64,000 nucleotides of DNA from Polyangiales bacterium (GTDB taxonomy: Bacteria > Myxococcota_A > Polyangia > Polyangiales > Houyiibacteriaceae), in NCBI GenBank assembly GCA_041576815.1, contig JBFGKE010000001.1:147708-211707 (forward strand), read 5' to 3'. Under the pieces are notes generated by a model that did not search any database, had not been told where the DNA came from, and worked only from the letters and a program-made list of their open reading frames with translations. Below, piece after piece: positions 27,839 through 37,034 of this stretch. The first letter of the stretch is position 1, and the number at the start of each line of letters is the position of its first letter. A program made the position numbers and the translations under genes.

Positions 27839-29422
27839 GTGGCCGAGATGCCTAGCTTCAAGCTCAATGGGAAAGAGATCGTCTTCCAGCCGGGGGAGAC
27901 CGTCATGGAGGCGGCTTGGCGCGAGGGAATCGAGATTCCCCACTACTGCTGGCACCCCGGGCTTTCGATCGCGGCCAATTGCCGGATGTGTCTCGTGCAC
28001 GTCCAGAGCGGGCGTCAGATGGAGATGCCTCAGCTCGTGCTCGACGACGCTACGGGGGAGTTCGTTCCCGCGACCAAGCCGAAGCTCCAGCCCGCCTGTC
28101 AGCTCGCCGCCGCCGAGGGCATGGAGGTGTCGTCGATCGACGACGAGGCGAAAGAGGCGCAGGCCTCCGTGCAGGAGTTCTTGCTGCTCAACCACCCCGT
28201 CGACTGTCCGATCTGCGACCAGTCCGGGGAATGCAAGCTTCAAGACTACTATTACGAGCACCAGGCAACCTTGAAGCGCAAGCTCACCGAGCCGGTGCAC
28301 AAGCCCAAGGGGGTTCGCTTCGGGCCGACCATCGTCTACGACGGCGAGCGCTGCATCATGTGCACGCGATGCATTCGTTTCTGTAGCGAGGTGGTGAAGG
28401 ACGACGTGCTGGACATGCGCGAGCGCGGCAATCGCAACGAGATCTTCGTCGCGCCGGGCCGCGAGCTCGATCACCGCTACACGTTCATGACCGAGCACGT
28501 TTGCCCGGTTGGCGCGCTCACGACCCAAGACTTTCGGTTCAAGGCCAGGGTCTGGTTCCTAAAGTCGGGGAAGGGCGTCTGCACGGGCTGCGCGACCGGC
28601 TGCAACAGCCACGTCGACTACGACCCCCGCTACGGCAAGGTCTACCGGCTTCGCCCCCGGGACAACCCCGATGTCAACGAGTTTTGGATGTGCGACGACG
28701 GCATGATGACGTACACGCGCCACGACACCGACCGCCTCGCGATGCCGACCGAGGGGCGTGGGGACGCGCGCATGCCGATCGGCGAGTCCGAGGCGCTCGA
28801 CCTCGCAGCCCAGAAGCTCGGGGGTGTCGACGGCTCCAAGCTAGGGGTGGTGCTGAGCGCGCAGCACACGACCGAGGACAACCTCGCGTTGGCCAAGCTC
28901 GCTGCGTCCCTTGGCGCGAGCCGTCTGTACCTCGCGGCGCTCGGCGGCTGGGAGGGCGACGACATCCTCCGCAGCAGCGACAACAACCCCAACCGGGCCG
29001 GCGCAACGCAGGCCGCTGGGGGCGTCGAGCTCGCGAGCATCCAGGACCTCCTGGGGGACGTGCAGAGCGGCTCGATCGAGGGCGTGATCGCGCTGGGCTG
29101 GGCCACCGCCGAGCGCCTCGAAGAGCTCGCCCCGCTGGTGTCGCTCGATGCCGTGGTTTCGCTGACCAGCCACGTCGGGGCGCTTCCCGCCGTCGCGTCG
29201 GTGGTGATTCCGGTCGCCGACATCTTCGAGATCGAAGGCAGCTTCATCAACGAAAAAGGAATGAGCCAAGGGTTTCGACCCGTCCTCGATGCGCCTGCAG
29301 GCGTCGATCCCTGCTGGCAGGCGATCGCGGCGCTTGCAAATCGGCTCGGCCACGACCTCGGCTTCAAAGACCTCGCCTCGCTCCGTGCGGGTATGACGGA
29401 CGCGGTGGAGGCGGCGCAGTGA
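27839..29422 (+). CDS. nuoG: NADH-quinone oxidoreductase subunit G (short form)
   Basis: IPHYCWHPGLSIAANCRMC, NHPVDCPICDQSGECKLQD, CIMCTRCIRFC, CPVGAL, CTGCATGC...C. Confidence 0.92.
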   Translation: MAEMPSFKLNGKEIVFQPGETVMEAAWREGIEIPHYCWHPGLSIAANCRMCLVHVQSGRQMEMPQLVLDDATGEFVPATKPKLQPACQLAAAEGMEVSSIDDEAKEAQASVQEFLLLNHPVDCPICDQSGECKLQDYYYEHQATLKRKLTEPVHKPKGVRFGPTIVYDGERCIMCTRCIRFCSEVVKDDVLDMRERGNRNEIFVAPGRELDHRYTFMTEHVCPVGALTTQDFRFKARVWFLKSGKGVCTGCATGCNSHVDYDPRYGKVYRLRPRDNPDVNEFWMCDDGMMTYTRHDTDRLAMPTEGRGDARMPIGESEALDLAAQKLGGVDGSKLGVVLSAQHTTEDNLALAKLAASLGASRLYLAALGGWEGDDILRSSDNNPNRAGATQAAGGVELASIQDLLGDVQSGSIEGVIALGWATAERLEELAPLVSLDAVVSLTSHVGALPAVASVVIPVADIFEIEGSFINEKGMSQGFRPVLDAPAGVDPCWQAIAALANRLGHDLGFKDLASLRAGMTDAVEAAQ

Positions 29423-30834
29423 CCACCACCTTTCTCGTCGTCTCTGCCTTGGTGAAGGTTGCGGTCGTCCTGCTCATCACGGTCGGCGCATTTGCGCCCG
29501 TCCTGATCTGGGCGGAGCGACGCCAAAGCGCGATGATTCAGGACAGGCTCGGACCGAGCCGCGCGGCGATCGTGCTGCCCGACGGGGCGGTGACGGTCAT
29601 CGACCGCGCGCGCGCGCCCCTCAAGGGTTTGGCCGCGATGACGGGCGTCGTTGCGCTGCTCACGCTGCTGGTTCTGTCCTACATCGCCATTCGAGGCAGC
29701 AATCCGCTTCCGATCGCCACGTCCGTGCTGGCAAAGACCCTCGCCGGGACGGGCATTGCATTCGTGCTCTTGCGAATTGGCTACGGTGTGCACACGACGA
29801 TCGTTCGAAACGGCGGGCGCATCATGCTCATCGGGCTCCTTCACCCGCTCGCCGACGCGATCAAGTTCATCTTCAAAGAGGATTTCGTCCCGCCCAAGTC
29901 TGACAAGCTCCTCTTCTCCGCCGGTCCGATCATCGCGCTGATCCCCGCCATCGCCGCGTTTGCGGTGATTCCCTTCGCGAGCACGTTGCACTGGGACCAC
30001 CTCGACCAAGTGTTGCCGAGAACGGGTGCCATCGCCGGGCCCGCCATCCCGATGCAGATCGCCAGCATCAACGTCGGGATCCTCTTCATCTTCGCCATCG
30101 CGAGCACGGGGATCATCGGCGCTGCGGTTTCCGGCTACGCCTCGGACAACAAGTACTCGCTGCTCGGCGGCATTCGCGCAGCAAGCCAAATGGTGAGCTA
30201 CGAGGTCGTGCTCGGCCTCACCCTCGTGCCGGCCTTCATGGTCTACGCCTCGCTTCGACTGGAGGACATGGCGCTCTGGCAGCACGAGCACTTCTGGGGA
30301 ATCTTCATCCCCCCTCTGACCCTCGCGGCGATCAACTTCTTCGTGGCTGCCATCGCCGAGACCAAGCGCGTGCCGTTCGATTTGCCCGAGGGGGAAAGCG
30401 AGCTCGTGGGGGGCTACCTCACGGAGTACTCGGGCATGAAGTTCGGCATGTTTTTCATGGGTGAATTCGTCGAGGTGGTGTCTTTGGCCGCCATCGCCTC
30501 GGTGCTCTTTTTCGGTGGTTGGGACGTGCCCTATCTCTATCGAGACGGGTTCGAATTCACGTTTCCTTTCGTCGCGGGCAGCTTCAGCGTGCCGCTGGTC
30601 CACTGGCTGGTCGTCGCCATCCAGTTCTTTTTCTTTCTTTTCAAGATCATCGTGCTGATCTGGCTGCAGCTCATGATCCGCTGGTCGCTTCCACGGTTCC
30701 GCTACGACCAGCTGATGTCGCTCTGCTGGAAGGGACTCTTGCCCGTTTCCTTGCTCAACATCTTCGTCGTGGGCGCGTTCATCCTGTCCGGTTGGCTCGA
30801 CCAGTGGGTGGCGTTCTTCGAGCGGATCTTCTGA
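29419..30834 (+). CDS. nuoH: NADH-quinone oxidoreductase subunit H with a large internal insertion
   Basis: WAERRQSAMIQDRLGP, GLLHPLADAIKFIFKED, ASQMVSYE, AETKRVPFDLPEGESELVGG, PRFRYDQLM; 471 aa. Confidence 0.93.
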   Translation: MTTTFLVVSALVKVAVVLLITVGAFAPVLIWAERRQSAMIQDRLGPSRAAIVLPDGAVTVIDRARAPLKGLAAMTGVVALLTLLVLSYIAIRGSNPLPIATSVLAKTLAGTGIAFVLLRIGYGVHTTIVRNGGRIMLIGLLHPLADAIKFIFKEDFVPPKSDKLLFSAGPIIALIPAIAAFAVIPFASTLHWDHLDQVLPRTGAIAGPAIPMQIASINVGILFIFAIASTGIIGAAVSGYASDNKYSLLGGIRAASQMVSYEVVLGLTLVPAFMVYASLRLEDMALWQHEHFWGIFIPPLTLAAINFFVAAIAETKRVPFDLPEGESELVGGYLTEYSGMKFGMFFMGEFVEVVSLAAIASVLFFGGWDVPYLYRDGFEFTFPFVAGSFSVPLVHWLVVAIQFFFFLFKIIVLIWLQLMIRWSLPRFRYDQLMSLCWKGLLPVSLLNIFVVGAFILSGWLDQWVAFFERIF

Positions 30835-30841
30835 GGTCGCC

Positions 30842-31435
30842 ATGGCAGTCGAAGTCAAAGTCATCAAGAAGCCCGGCCGGACGGTCGCCGAGCAGCTCTA
30901 TGTGCCGGAAATCGCGAAGGGCCTGGGCTTCGCCATGGGGCGTTTCTTCAAGAACACGTTCGGCCCGAAGTCGAAGAAAGAAATCGCGACCGTCCGATAC
31001 CCCGAAGAGAAGATCGAGTACCCGGAACGGTTCCGTGGCATTCACCGCCTCACCCAGCGGACTGACGGGTCGCCCCGCTGCGTGGCGTGCCTTTGCTGCA
31101 GCACGGCGTGCCCCGCGCAGTGCATCTACATCGAGCCCGCGGAATACGAGCCCGGCGATCCTCGCTTCGGCTACGAGCGGTACCCGTCGGTGTTCGTGAT
31201 CGACGAGCTTCGATGCATCTTCTGCGGCTACTGCGTCGAGGCGTGCCCCTGCGACGCGATCCGAATGGACACGGGGATGCACATGCCACCGTCGACCCGA
31301 CGCGAGCACTTCCTCTACGACAAAGAGACCCTGCTCTCCATCCCGGGCCGCGACGGCACCTACGAGACGGCCAACATGCGCCACGAGCCGGGCGACCCGA
31401 CGCACCCCGGCATCGATCGCGAGCGCGGACACTAG
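30842..31435 (+). CDS. nuoI: NADH-quinone oxidoreductase subunit I
   Basis: TVRYPEEK, CVACLCCSTACP, CIFCGYCVEACPCDAI. Confidence 0.95.
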   Translation: MAVEVKVIKKPGRTVAEQLYVPEIAKGLGFAMGRFFKNTFGPKSKKEIATVRYPEEKIEYPERFRGIHRLTQRTDGSPRCVACLCCSTACPAQCIYIEPAEYEPGDPRFGYERYPSVFVIDELRCIFCGYCVEACPCDAIRMDTGMHMPPSTRREHFLYDKETLLSIPGRDGTYETANMRHEPGDPTHPGIDRERGH

Positions 31436-31437
31436 GC

Positions 31438-32286
31438 GTGTCCCGGGCGCGCGCCGCGAGCCGAACGGCGATCATGGTCGCTGCGTATCGGGGGCGAGCG
31501 AGCGAGGGGCCCCATCCGATCTGCGCCGACCCCTGGGCGCTCCGCTTGGCTGGGCCCGAGGGAGAGGCGCTGTCGCGTCGTTGGGACGCGCACTCTCCAT
31601 CGATGGAGCTGTGGGTGGCCCTTCGCACCCGATACCTCGATGACTGCGTGACTCGGGCGCTCGATCGGGGCATCGCGCAGGTGGCGATCCTCGGTGCGGG
31701 CCTGGACACGCGGGCCGTGCGCCTCGGCCGCAGCGGGGTGCGGTTTTTCGAAGTCGACCAGCCGGCGAGCCAAGCCGACAAACGTGAGCGAGTTTCGAAG
31801 TTCGAGGGCTATCCCCTCGATGCGGCGACGTTCGTGCCTTGCGATTTCGAGCGGGACGACTTCGTCCAGCGCCTGGCCGACGCGGGCTTCGACCGCAGAG
31901 CGCCCGCGTGTCTCGTTTGGGAGGGCGTCGTCTACTACCTTGCCGAGGACGCCGCTCGCTCGACCCTCGGGCGCGTGGCCTCGGCGCTCGAGCCCCGCTC
32001 GCTTCTGATATTCGACTATTTGAACAGCCACATGGCCAAGTCGAGCCCCCGGCTCCGCGATGAAGACCGGGCGATGAAAGACATCATCGAGGAGCTGGGC
32101 GAGCCCATGCAGTTCGGGATCGATGATCCGACGCCGCTGATGGCGGAAGCGGGCTACCGGTTTCTTCGGACGGTCTCCTTCGACGAGCTCGCGCTCCAGT
32201 ACACCGGCACCTATGCGCGCGACCGCTTCTTTCGCTTTCAATCGATCGCGCTCGCGAGCGCCAGCGCGGAGGCGATGTCGTGGTAG
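31438..32286 (+). CDS. SAM-dependent methyltransferase (leucine carboxyl methyltransferase / TIGR00027-like)
   Basis: TAIMVAAYR, DPWA, LRTRYLDD, QVAILGAGLDTRA, FEVDQP, WEGVVYYL. Confidence 0.88.
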   Translation: MSRARAASRTAIMVAAYRGRASEGPHPICADPWALRLAGPEGEALSRRWDAHSPSMELWVALRTRYLDDCVTRALDRGIAQVAILGAGLDTRAVRLGRSGVRFFEVDQPASQADKRERVSKFEGYPLDAATFVPCDFERDDFVQRLADAGFDRRAPACLVWEGVVYYLAEDAARSTLGRVASALEPRSLLIFDYLNSHMAKSSPRLRDEDRAMKDIIEELGEPMQFGIDDPTPLMAEAGYRFLRTVSFDELALQYTGTYARDRFFRFQSIALASASAEAMSW

Positions 32287-32312
32287 GCCGCGCGGAGGTC
32301 GGCGGACGAACG

Positions 32313-33044
32313 ATGACCTTTCGACGAGTCGAAGGGAGCGGCCCGACCCTGGTTTGCGTACACGGCTCGGCGGACAACCATCACGTCTACGACCGCCTCC
32401 TCGACGCGCTGGCCGGATGCAACGCCGCCGCGATCGACATGCCCGGACGCGCGGGCACCGACGGGCCGCCGCTCACGACAGCGGCCGAGATGGAGCAGCT
32501 TCTCCGCGGTTTCGTCGAGACGCAGGTGCATGGAGATTACGTCGTCGTGGGCCACTCGCTCGGCGGCGGCGTGGCGCTCGAGCACGCGCTCGGAACGCCT
32601 GGCGAGCGGCTGAAAGGCCTCGTGCTGCTCGCCACCGGGGCTCGCCTTCGCGTGCACCCGATGATCCTCCAGCTGTTCGAGCAGATCGCAGAGTCAGGCG
32701 TGCTTCCCCCGCAGCCGCCGGGCCTTTACGAACCCGGCGTGGATCCCACGATCGTCGAAGAGGCGGCCAGGTATCGAGAGCTCACGCCGATCGCCACCGG
32801 GGGCGCGGACTGGCGCGCGGCCAACGCGTTCGATCGAATGGAAGACCTCGGCGACATCGCGGTCCCGGCGCTGATCGTTGCCGGCACCAAAGACGCTCTG
32901 ACGCCGCCGAGGTACGCCGAGTACCTCCACACGCGCATCGAAAAGAGCGAGCTCCGGGTCCTCGAGGGAGCGGGGCACATGTTCCTGATGGAAAGAGCGT
33001 TCGAAACCGCCGAAGCCATCCGAGGGTTCATGCGGAGCATGTAG
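32313..33044 (+). CDS. Alpha/beta hydrolase
   Basis: VHGS, GHSLGG nucleophile elbow, GTKDALTP, GAGHM; start could be the GTG at 32280. Confidence 0.88.
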   Translation: MTFRRVEGSGPTLVCVHGSADNHHVYDRLLDALAGCNAAAIDMPGRAGTDGPPLTTAAEMEQLLRGFVETQVHGDYVVVGHSLGGGVALEHALGTPGERLKGLVLLATGARLRVHPMILQLFEQIAESGVLPPQPPGLYEPGVDPTIVEEAARYRELTPIATGGADWRAANAFDRMEDLGDIAVPALIVAGTKDALTPPRYAEYLHTRIEKSELRVLEGAGHMFLMERAFETAEAIRGFMRSM

Positions 33045-33169
33045 ACCTGTACGGCCACTTGGCACTCGCGAGGTGCCTGACCCCTTTTCCAGCACCACAA
33101 CAACGTTGGTGTGGAATGTCCGATACCCATGGCATGCAGCCAGCGGTCGCTGTAGGGTGGCTTTCGTTC

Positions 33170-35062
33170 ATGGGGGATGTGGATTCGGTCTTGGGGGAGA
33201 GGTTTGGGCTCTCCTCCTTTTATCCATGGCAGCGCGAAGCGATCGACGAGCTGCTCGAGGGCAAGCGTAAGGTCCTGGTGATCGCGCCCACCGGGGGCGG
33301 CAAGTCGCTCTGCTATCAGCTGCCGGCGGCGGTTCTGGAGGGCACGTCCATCGTCATCTCGCCGCTCATCGCGCTGATGGAAGATCAGGTGCGCGCGTTG
33401 TCCCAGCGTGGCATGGCCGCCACCTATCTCGCATCCACCCTCGAGCCCGCCGAGCTTCGCCGCCGCGAGCAGGAGATCGCGCGCGGCCGCTATGAGCTCG
33501 TGTACGTGGCGCCCGAGCGCCTCGAGTCCCCGCGGCTGGTCCACCTGCTCGAGGGCCTTCGGCCGCCGCTCGTGGCGGTCGACGAGGCGCACTGCATCTC
33601 GCAGTGGGGGCACGATTTCCGGCCCTCTTACCTGCGCCTCGGCGAGGTGCTCGCAAGGCTTCAACCGTCTCGGCTGATCGCGTGCACCGCCACCGCCACG
33701 CCGATCGTCCGCGAAGAGATTCAGGCGCGGCTCGGCCTACCGTCAGACGAGACCGGGGTGATCCTTCGCGGCTTCTCGCGGCCTAATTTGCACCTGGCGG
33801 CGATTGAGACGGACAGCACGAGCGGCCGCCGTAGGCGCATGCTCGATGCGCTCCGGGGCGCGCTCGGCGATCCGGCAAAACCCAACGGGGGCGCGATCGT
33901 CTATGCGGCGACGCGGCGCAACACGGAAAAGGTCGCCGAGGTCGTGGCGGCGCACGGCTGGCGGGTCGCGGCCTACCACGCGGGCCTGTCCGCAGCCGTG
34001 CGCGAGGACGTCAACCGGCGGTTTGCAGCGCGTGCGCTGGATGTCGTGGTGGCTACCAACGCGTTTGGAATGGGGATCGACCGTCCGGACATACGTACGG
34101 TCGTGCACGTTCAGGCGCCGGGATCGGTCGAGGCCTACTATCAAGAGGTTGGACGCGCCGGGCGCGACGGGCAGCCCGCGCATGGTCTCCTGCTGACGAG
34201 CTCGGGCGATCTGGGGCTCCGGCGTCGTTTGATCGGCCTGAGTGGCGAGCGCGATGCAAACGCGGCGTCCGATTCGGACCACGCCCAACAGCAGTGGCGC
34301 CTGTTCCTCGACCTCATGCGCTACGTCGAAGCGGGAAGCTGCCGCCACGATTTCATCTTGCGCTATTTCGGCGACGAACAGGAAACGCTGGGCGGGTGCG
34401 GCCACTGCGACGTTTGCGAGCGGCTCGAGCGCGGAGACGAGGGCCGGGGCGGCACCTCGGAAGGGGACGCGCTGGTCGTGCGTAAAGCGCTCGCCGGGGT
34501 CGCGCGCAATCGAGGTCGGGCGGGCCTCACCGCGGTCGCCGACATGCTGCACGGTGCCGACAACGATCGCCTTCGCCGGCTCGGGCTCGACTCGCTCACG
34601 ACACACGGGCTGCTGCACGACCGGCCCAAAGCGTGGGTGCTCGTGCTCCTCAGACGCCTGATCACCGCCGGCCTCGTCGACTTGAGCACCAGCGAGTTTC
34701 CCGTTCCCCATTTGACCACCGACGGCGTGGCGACGATGAAGGGCGAGGCGCCAGTCCGGGTGTTGCTGCCGAGCCCAGACGCGGGCCGCACACGGTCGAG
34801 TCGGCCGCCTCGAGTGTCGCCCGACCTACCCACCGACGTCGACGCAACGCTCTTCGAGCGCCTTCGTGCGGCGCGCCTCGACATTGCTCGGGCCAAGGGA
34901 GTGCCCGCCTACGTGATCTGCCACGATCGTACGCTCCTCGAAATCGCAGCCTTCAAACCCACGTCCGTCGAGGCCCTTGCCGAGATCCACGGGATGGGCC
35001 CGGCGCGAATCGCGAGCTACGCGGAGCCGTTCCTCGACGCGGTGAACGCCCACGCGCCGTAG
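33170..35062 (+). CDS. recQ: ATP-dependent DNA helicase RecQ (helicase, RQC, HRDC)
   Basis: APTGGGKSLCYQLPA, VDEAHCISQWGHDFRPSY, NAFGMGIDRPD, YYQEVGRAGRDG, CGHCDVC, HRDC-like C-terminus; start trimmed from the ORF track. Confidence 0.93.
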   Translation: MGDVDSVLGERFGLSSFYPWQREAIDELLEGKRKVLVIAPTGGGKSLCYQLPAAVLEGTSIVISPLIALMEDQVRALSQRGMAATYLASTLEPAELRRREQEIARGRYELVYVAPERLESPRLVHLLEGLRPPLVAVDEAHCISQWGHDFRPSYLRLGEVLARLQPSRLIACTATATPIVREEIQARLGLPSDETGVILRGFSRPNLHLAAIETDSTSGRRRRMLDALRGALGDPAKPNGGAIVYAATRRNTEKVAEVVAAHGWRVAAYHAGLSAAVREDVNRRFAARALDVVVATNAFGMGIDRPDIRTVVHVQAPGSVEAYYQEVGRAGRDGQPAHGLLLTSSGDLGLRRRLIGLSGERDANAASDSDHAQQQWRLFLDLMRYVEAGSCRHDFILRYFGDEQETLGGCGHCDVCERLERGDEGRGGTSEGDALVVRKALAGVARNRGRAGLTAVADMLHGADNDRLRRLGLDSLTTHGLLHDRPKAWVLVLLRRLITAGLVDLSTSEFPVPHLTTDGVATMKGEAPVRVLLPSPDAGRTRSSRPPRVSPDLPTDVDATLFERLRAARLDIARAKGVPAYVICHDRTLLEIAAFKPTSVEALAEIHGMGPARIASYAEPFLDAVNAHAP

Positions 35063-35868
35063 CCGACCACCTCGCGCCGGCTGCCCGCGGTGTCTCCCGA
35101 GCTCCGCAGGTCGAGGGTCTGCGCACGAAGCGAGTGCGCCTTTGCGCTCTGCAGCAGCCCTTGCACCGCGATGCGCCCACACGCGTCCTCTTGCCCGATC
35201 GAGTCCGGGCTCAGCGTTTCGATCGCCTTTGCAGTGGCGGTGTCCATTCGCTTCGCCGTCCTGTAGTCACGATAGTGGCTGAGATCGGAGCTCACCACGA
35301 TCAACGTTTCGTCCCCGCCCCACAGCGCGTCGAGCGCTTCGGCGACGTCCGCGGGCGACGCACGGCCTACCGCGATGGGCAGGACCTCGAACGAACCGAG
35401 CACGTGCTGCAAGAACGGAAGCTGTACCTCGAGTGAATGTTCCCACTGATGTGCGTCGTCGCGGACCGTCGCAACGGAGCCCGCGAGCAGCGTGCGCCGC
35501 GCCTCCTCGTCGACGCGGACCGATCCAAGCGGAGTTTCGAACGCGTCGTGACTCGGCACCGCCAGCCCCGAAAATGGAACGTGATGGGTCGGCCCGACCA
35601 AGACGATCCGGCGTACTGCATCGCGTGACGCTTCCAGTCGCGCAAATGCATGTGCGGCGACCGGCCCCGAGTACACATAACCGGCATGCGGAACGATCAG
35701 CGCCTTGGGAGGCGGTGACTCCGGCCAACGTGCTTCACGGGCCTCTGCGAGGTGTCGTTCCACCGTATCGCGCAGGACTTGCGCGTCCGCTGGGTAAAAA
35801 GCCCCAGCCACTGCCGGCATGCGAACACTCACCAGATGGGAGTCTGCCGCTGCAACGAGAATTGTCAA
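35017..35868 (-). CDS. amrB: AmmeMemoRadiSam system protein B (MEMO1 family)
   Basis: PAVAGAFYP, IVPHAGYVYSG, EHSLEVQLPFLQ, VSSDLSHY, ACGRIAV, VVGYGA; exact start uncertain. Confidence 0.9.
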   Translation of the reverse strand: MTILVAAADSHLVSVRMPAVAGAFYPADAQVLRDTVERHLAEAREARWPESPPPKALIVPHAGYVYSGPVAAHAFARLEASRDAVRRIVLVGPTHHVPFSGLAVPSHDAFETPLGSVRVDEEARRTLLAGSVATVRDDAHQWEHSLEVQLPFLQHVLGSFEVLPIAVGRASPADVAEALDALWGGDETLIVVSSDLSHYRDYRTAKRMDTATAKAIETLSPDSIGQEDACGRIAVQGLLQSAKAHSLRAQTLDLRSSGDTAGSRREVVGYGAWAFTASRNGSA

Positions 35869-35920
35869 AGCTGCTCGGCGAGGGTTGTCACGGGTCCTTT
35901 ACGTGCGCATCGTATGTTCG

Positions 35921-37021
35921 ATGGGCGATGCAGCACCGACGACCGTACCCACCAGCTACTGGAGCCGTCTCGAGGACGGACGGGTTGTATGCGAGCTCTG
36001 TCCGAGAGCGTGCAAGCTCGCGGAGGGGCAGCGAGGGCTGTGCTTCGTCCGCGCCAACGAAAAGGGCGCCGTCGTGCTCACAACCTACGGCCGCTCGAGT
36101 GGGTTTTGCGTCGACCCAATCGAGAAGAAGCCGCTGAACCATTTTCTTCCAGGCACACCAGTGTTTTCCTTTGGCACCGCCGGCTGCAATCTCACCTGCA
36201 AATTCTGCCAAAACTGGGACATCTCGAAATCCCGCGAGACCGACACCCTGGCCCATGCCGCGAGTCCCGACGAGATCGCGAGCTCCGCGGCGCGCCTAGG
36301 CTGCAGGAGCGTGGCCTTCACCTACAACGACCCCGTGATCTTTCTCGAGTACGCTCGCGACGCGGCGGAGGCCTGTCATGCGCGCGGGATCCGGACGGTC
36401 GCGGTGACCGCGGGCTACGTGAACCCCGCTCCTCGCGCGGAGCTCTTCTCGTTCATCGACGCCGCCAACGTCGATCTCAAGGGCTTCGATGAAGACTTTT
36501 ATCGACGGGTCGCTGGAGGACGCCTCGCCCCCGTGCTCGATACGCTTCGATTCCTCCGGCGGGAAACCGACGTCTGGTTCGAGATCACGAATCTCGTGAT
36601 TCCCGGGCACAACGACGCCGACGACACGATTCAACGGATGGCGGATTGGATCCTGGAAGAGCTCGGCCCCGACGTGCCCCTTCACTTCTCGGCGTTCCAC
36701 CCGAGCTACAGGATGCGGGATGTGCCGCCGACTCCGAGGGCAACCCTTCGACGCGCCCGCGACCTCGCGCGCCGAGCCGGCCTGCATCACGTCTACACCG
36801 GCAACGTGCACGACCGCGAAGGCGATACCACTTATTGCGCTGGGTGCGGCGCGGTGCTGATCGAGCGCGACTGGTACGAGCTCTTGTCGTGGAATCTCAG
36901 GGGCGGCACCTGCGCGTCATGCGGCACGCCGTGCGCCGGGGTCTTCGAGGCCGATCCCGGGACCTGGGGATCGCGCCGACTCTCCGTGACGGTGGGCCAA
37001 AGCGGCATCTCCCTCTCGTAG
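35921..37021 (+). CDS. amrS: AmmeMemoRadiSam system radical SAM enzyme
   Basis: CELCPRAC, VDPIEKKPLNHFLPG, GCNLTCKFCQNW (CxxxCxxC), FTYNDP, HVYTGNV. Confidence 0.93.
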   Translation: MGDAAPTTVPTSYWSRLEDGRVVCELCPRACKLAEGQRGLCFVRANEKGAVVLTTYGRSSGFCVDPIEKKPLNHFLPGTPVFSFGTAGCNLTCKFCQNWDISKSRETDTLAHAASPDEIASSAARLGCRSVAFTYNDPVIFLEYARDAAEACHARGIRTVAVTAGYVNPAPRAELFSFIDAANVDLKGFDEDFYRRVAGGRLAPVLDTLRFLRRETDVWFEITNLVIPGHNDADDTIQRMADWILEELGPDVPLHFSAFHPSYRMRDVPPTPRATLRRARDLARRAGLHHVYTGNVHDREGDTTYCAGCGAVLIERDWYELLSWNLRGGTCASCGTPCAGVFEADPGTWGSRRLSVTVGQSGISLS

Positions 37022-37034
37022 AGGAAGAGCCCGA

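Noticed and set aside
28501-29418. Apparent 777-aa NuoH (and similar over-long ORFs for maf, yggS, proC, nuoB, nuoC, pyrE)
   Set aside because: Upstream parts overlap the preceding real gene in another frame and read as low-complexity GC shadow sequence; starts were trimmed.
28642-30867. Long antisense ORFs (for example 28642-30867, 45479-47641, 51587-53899, 57588-59555, 39120-40958)
   Set aside because: They lie exactly opposite well-supported genes and are expected from stop-codon scarcity at high GC; no motifs.
33084-33116. Imperfect hairpin (TCCAGCACCA...TGGTGTGGA) between the hydrolase and recQ
   Set aside because: Short, bulged, without a U-tract or recognisable ncRNA features; may be chance.
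32213-33169. Apparent 949-aa RecQ with a long N-terminal extension
   Set aside because: The extension is an Arg/Pro-rich shadow frame over the alpha/beta hydrolase gene; RecQ similarity starts near 33170.
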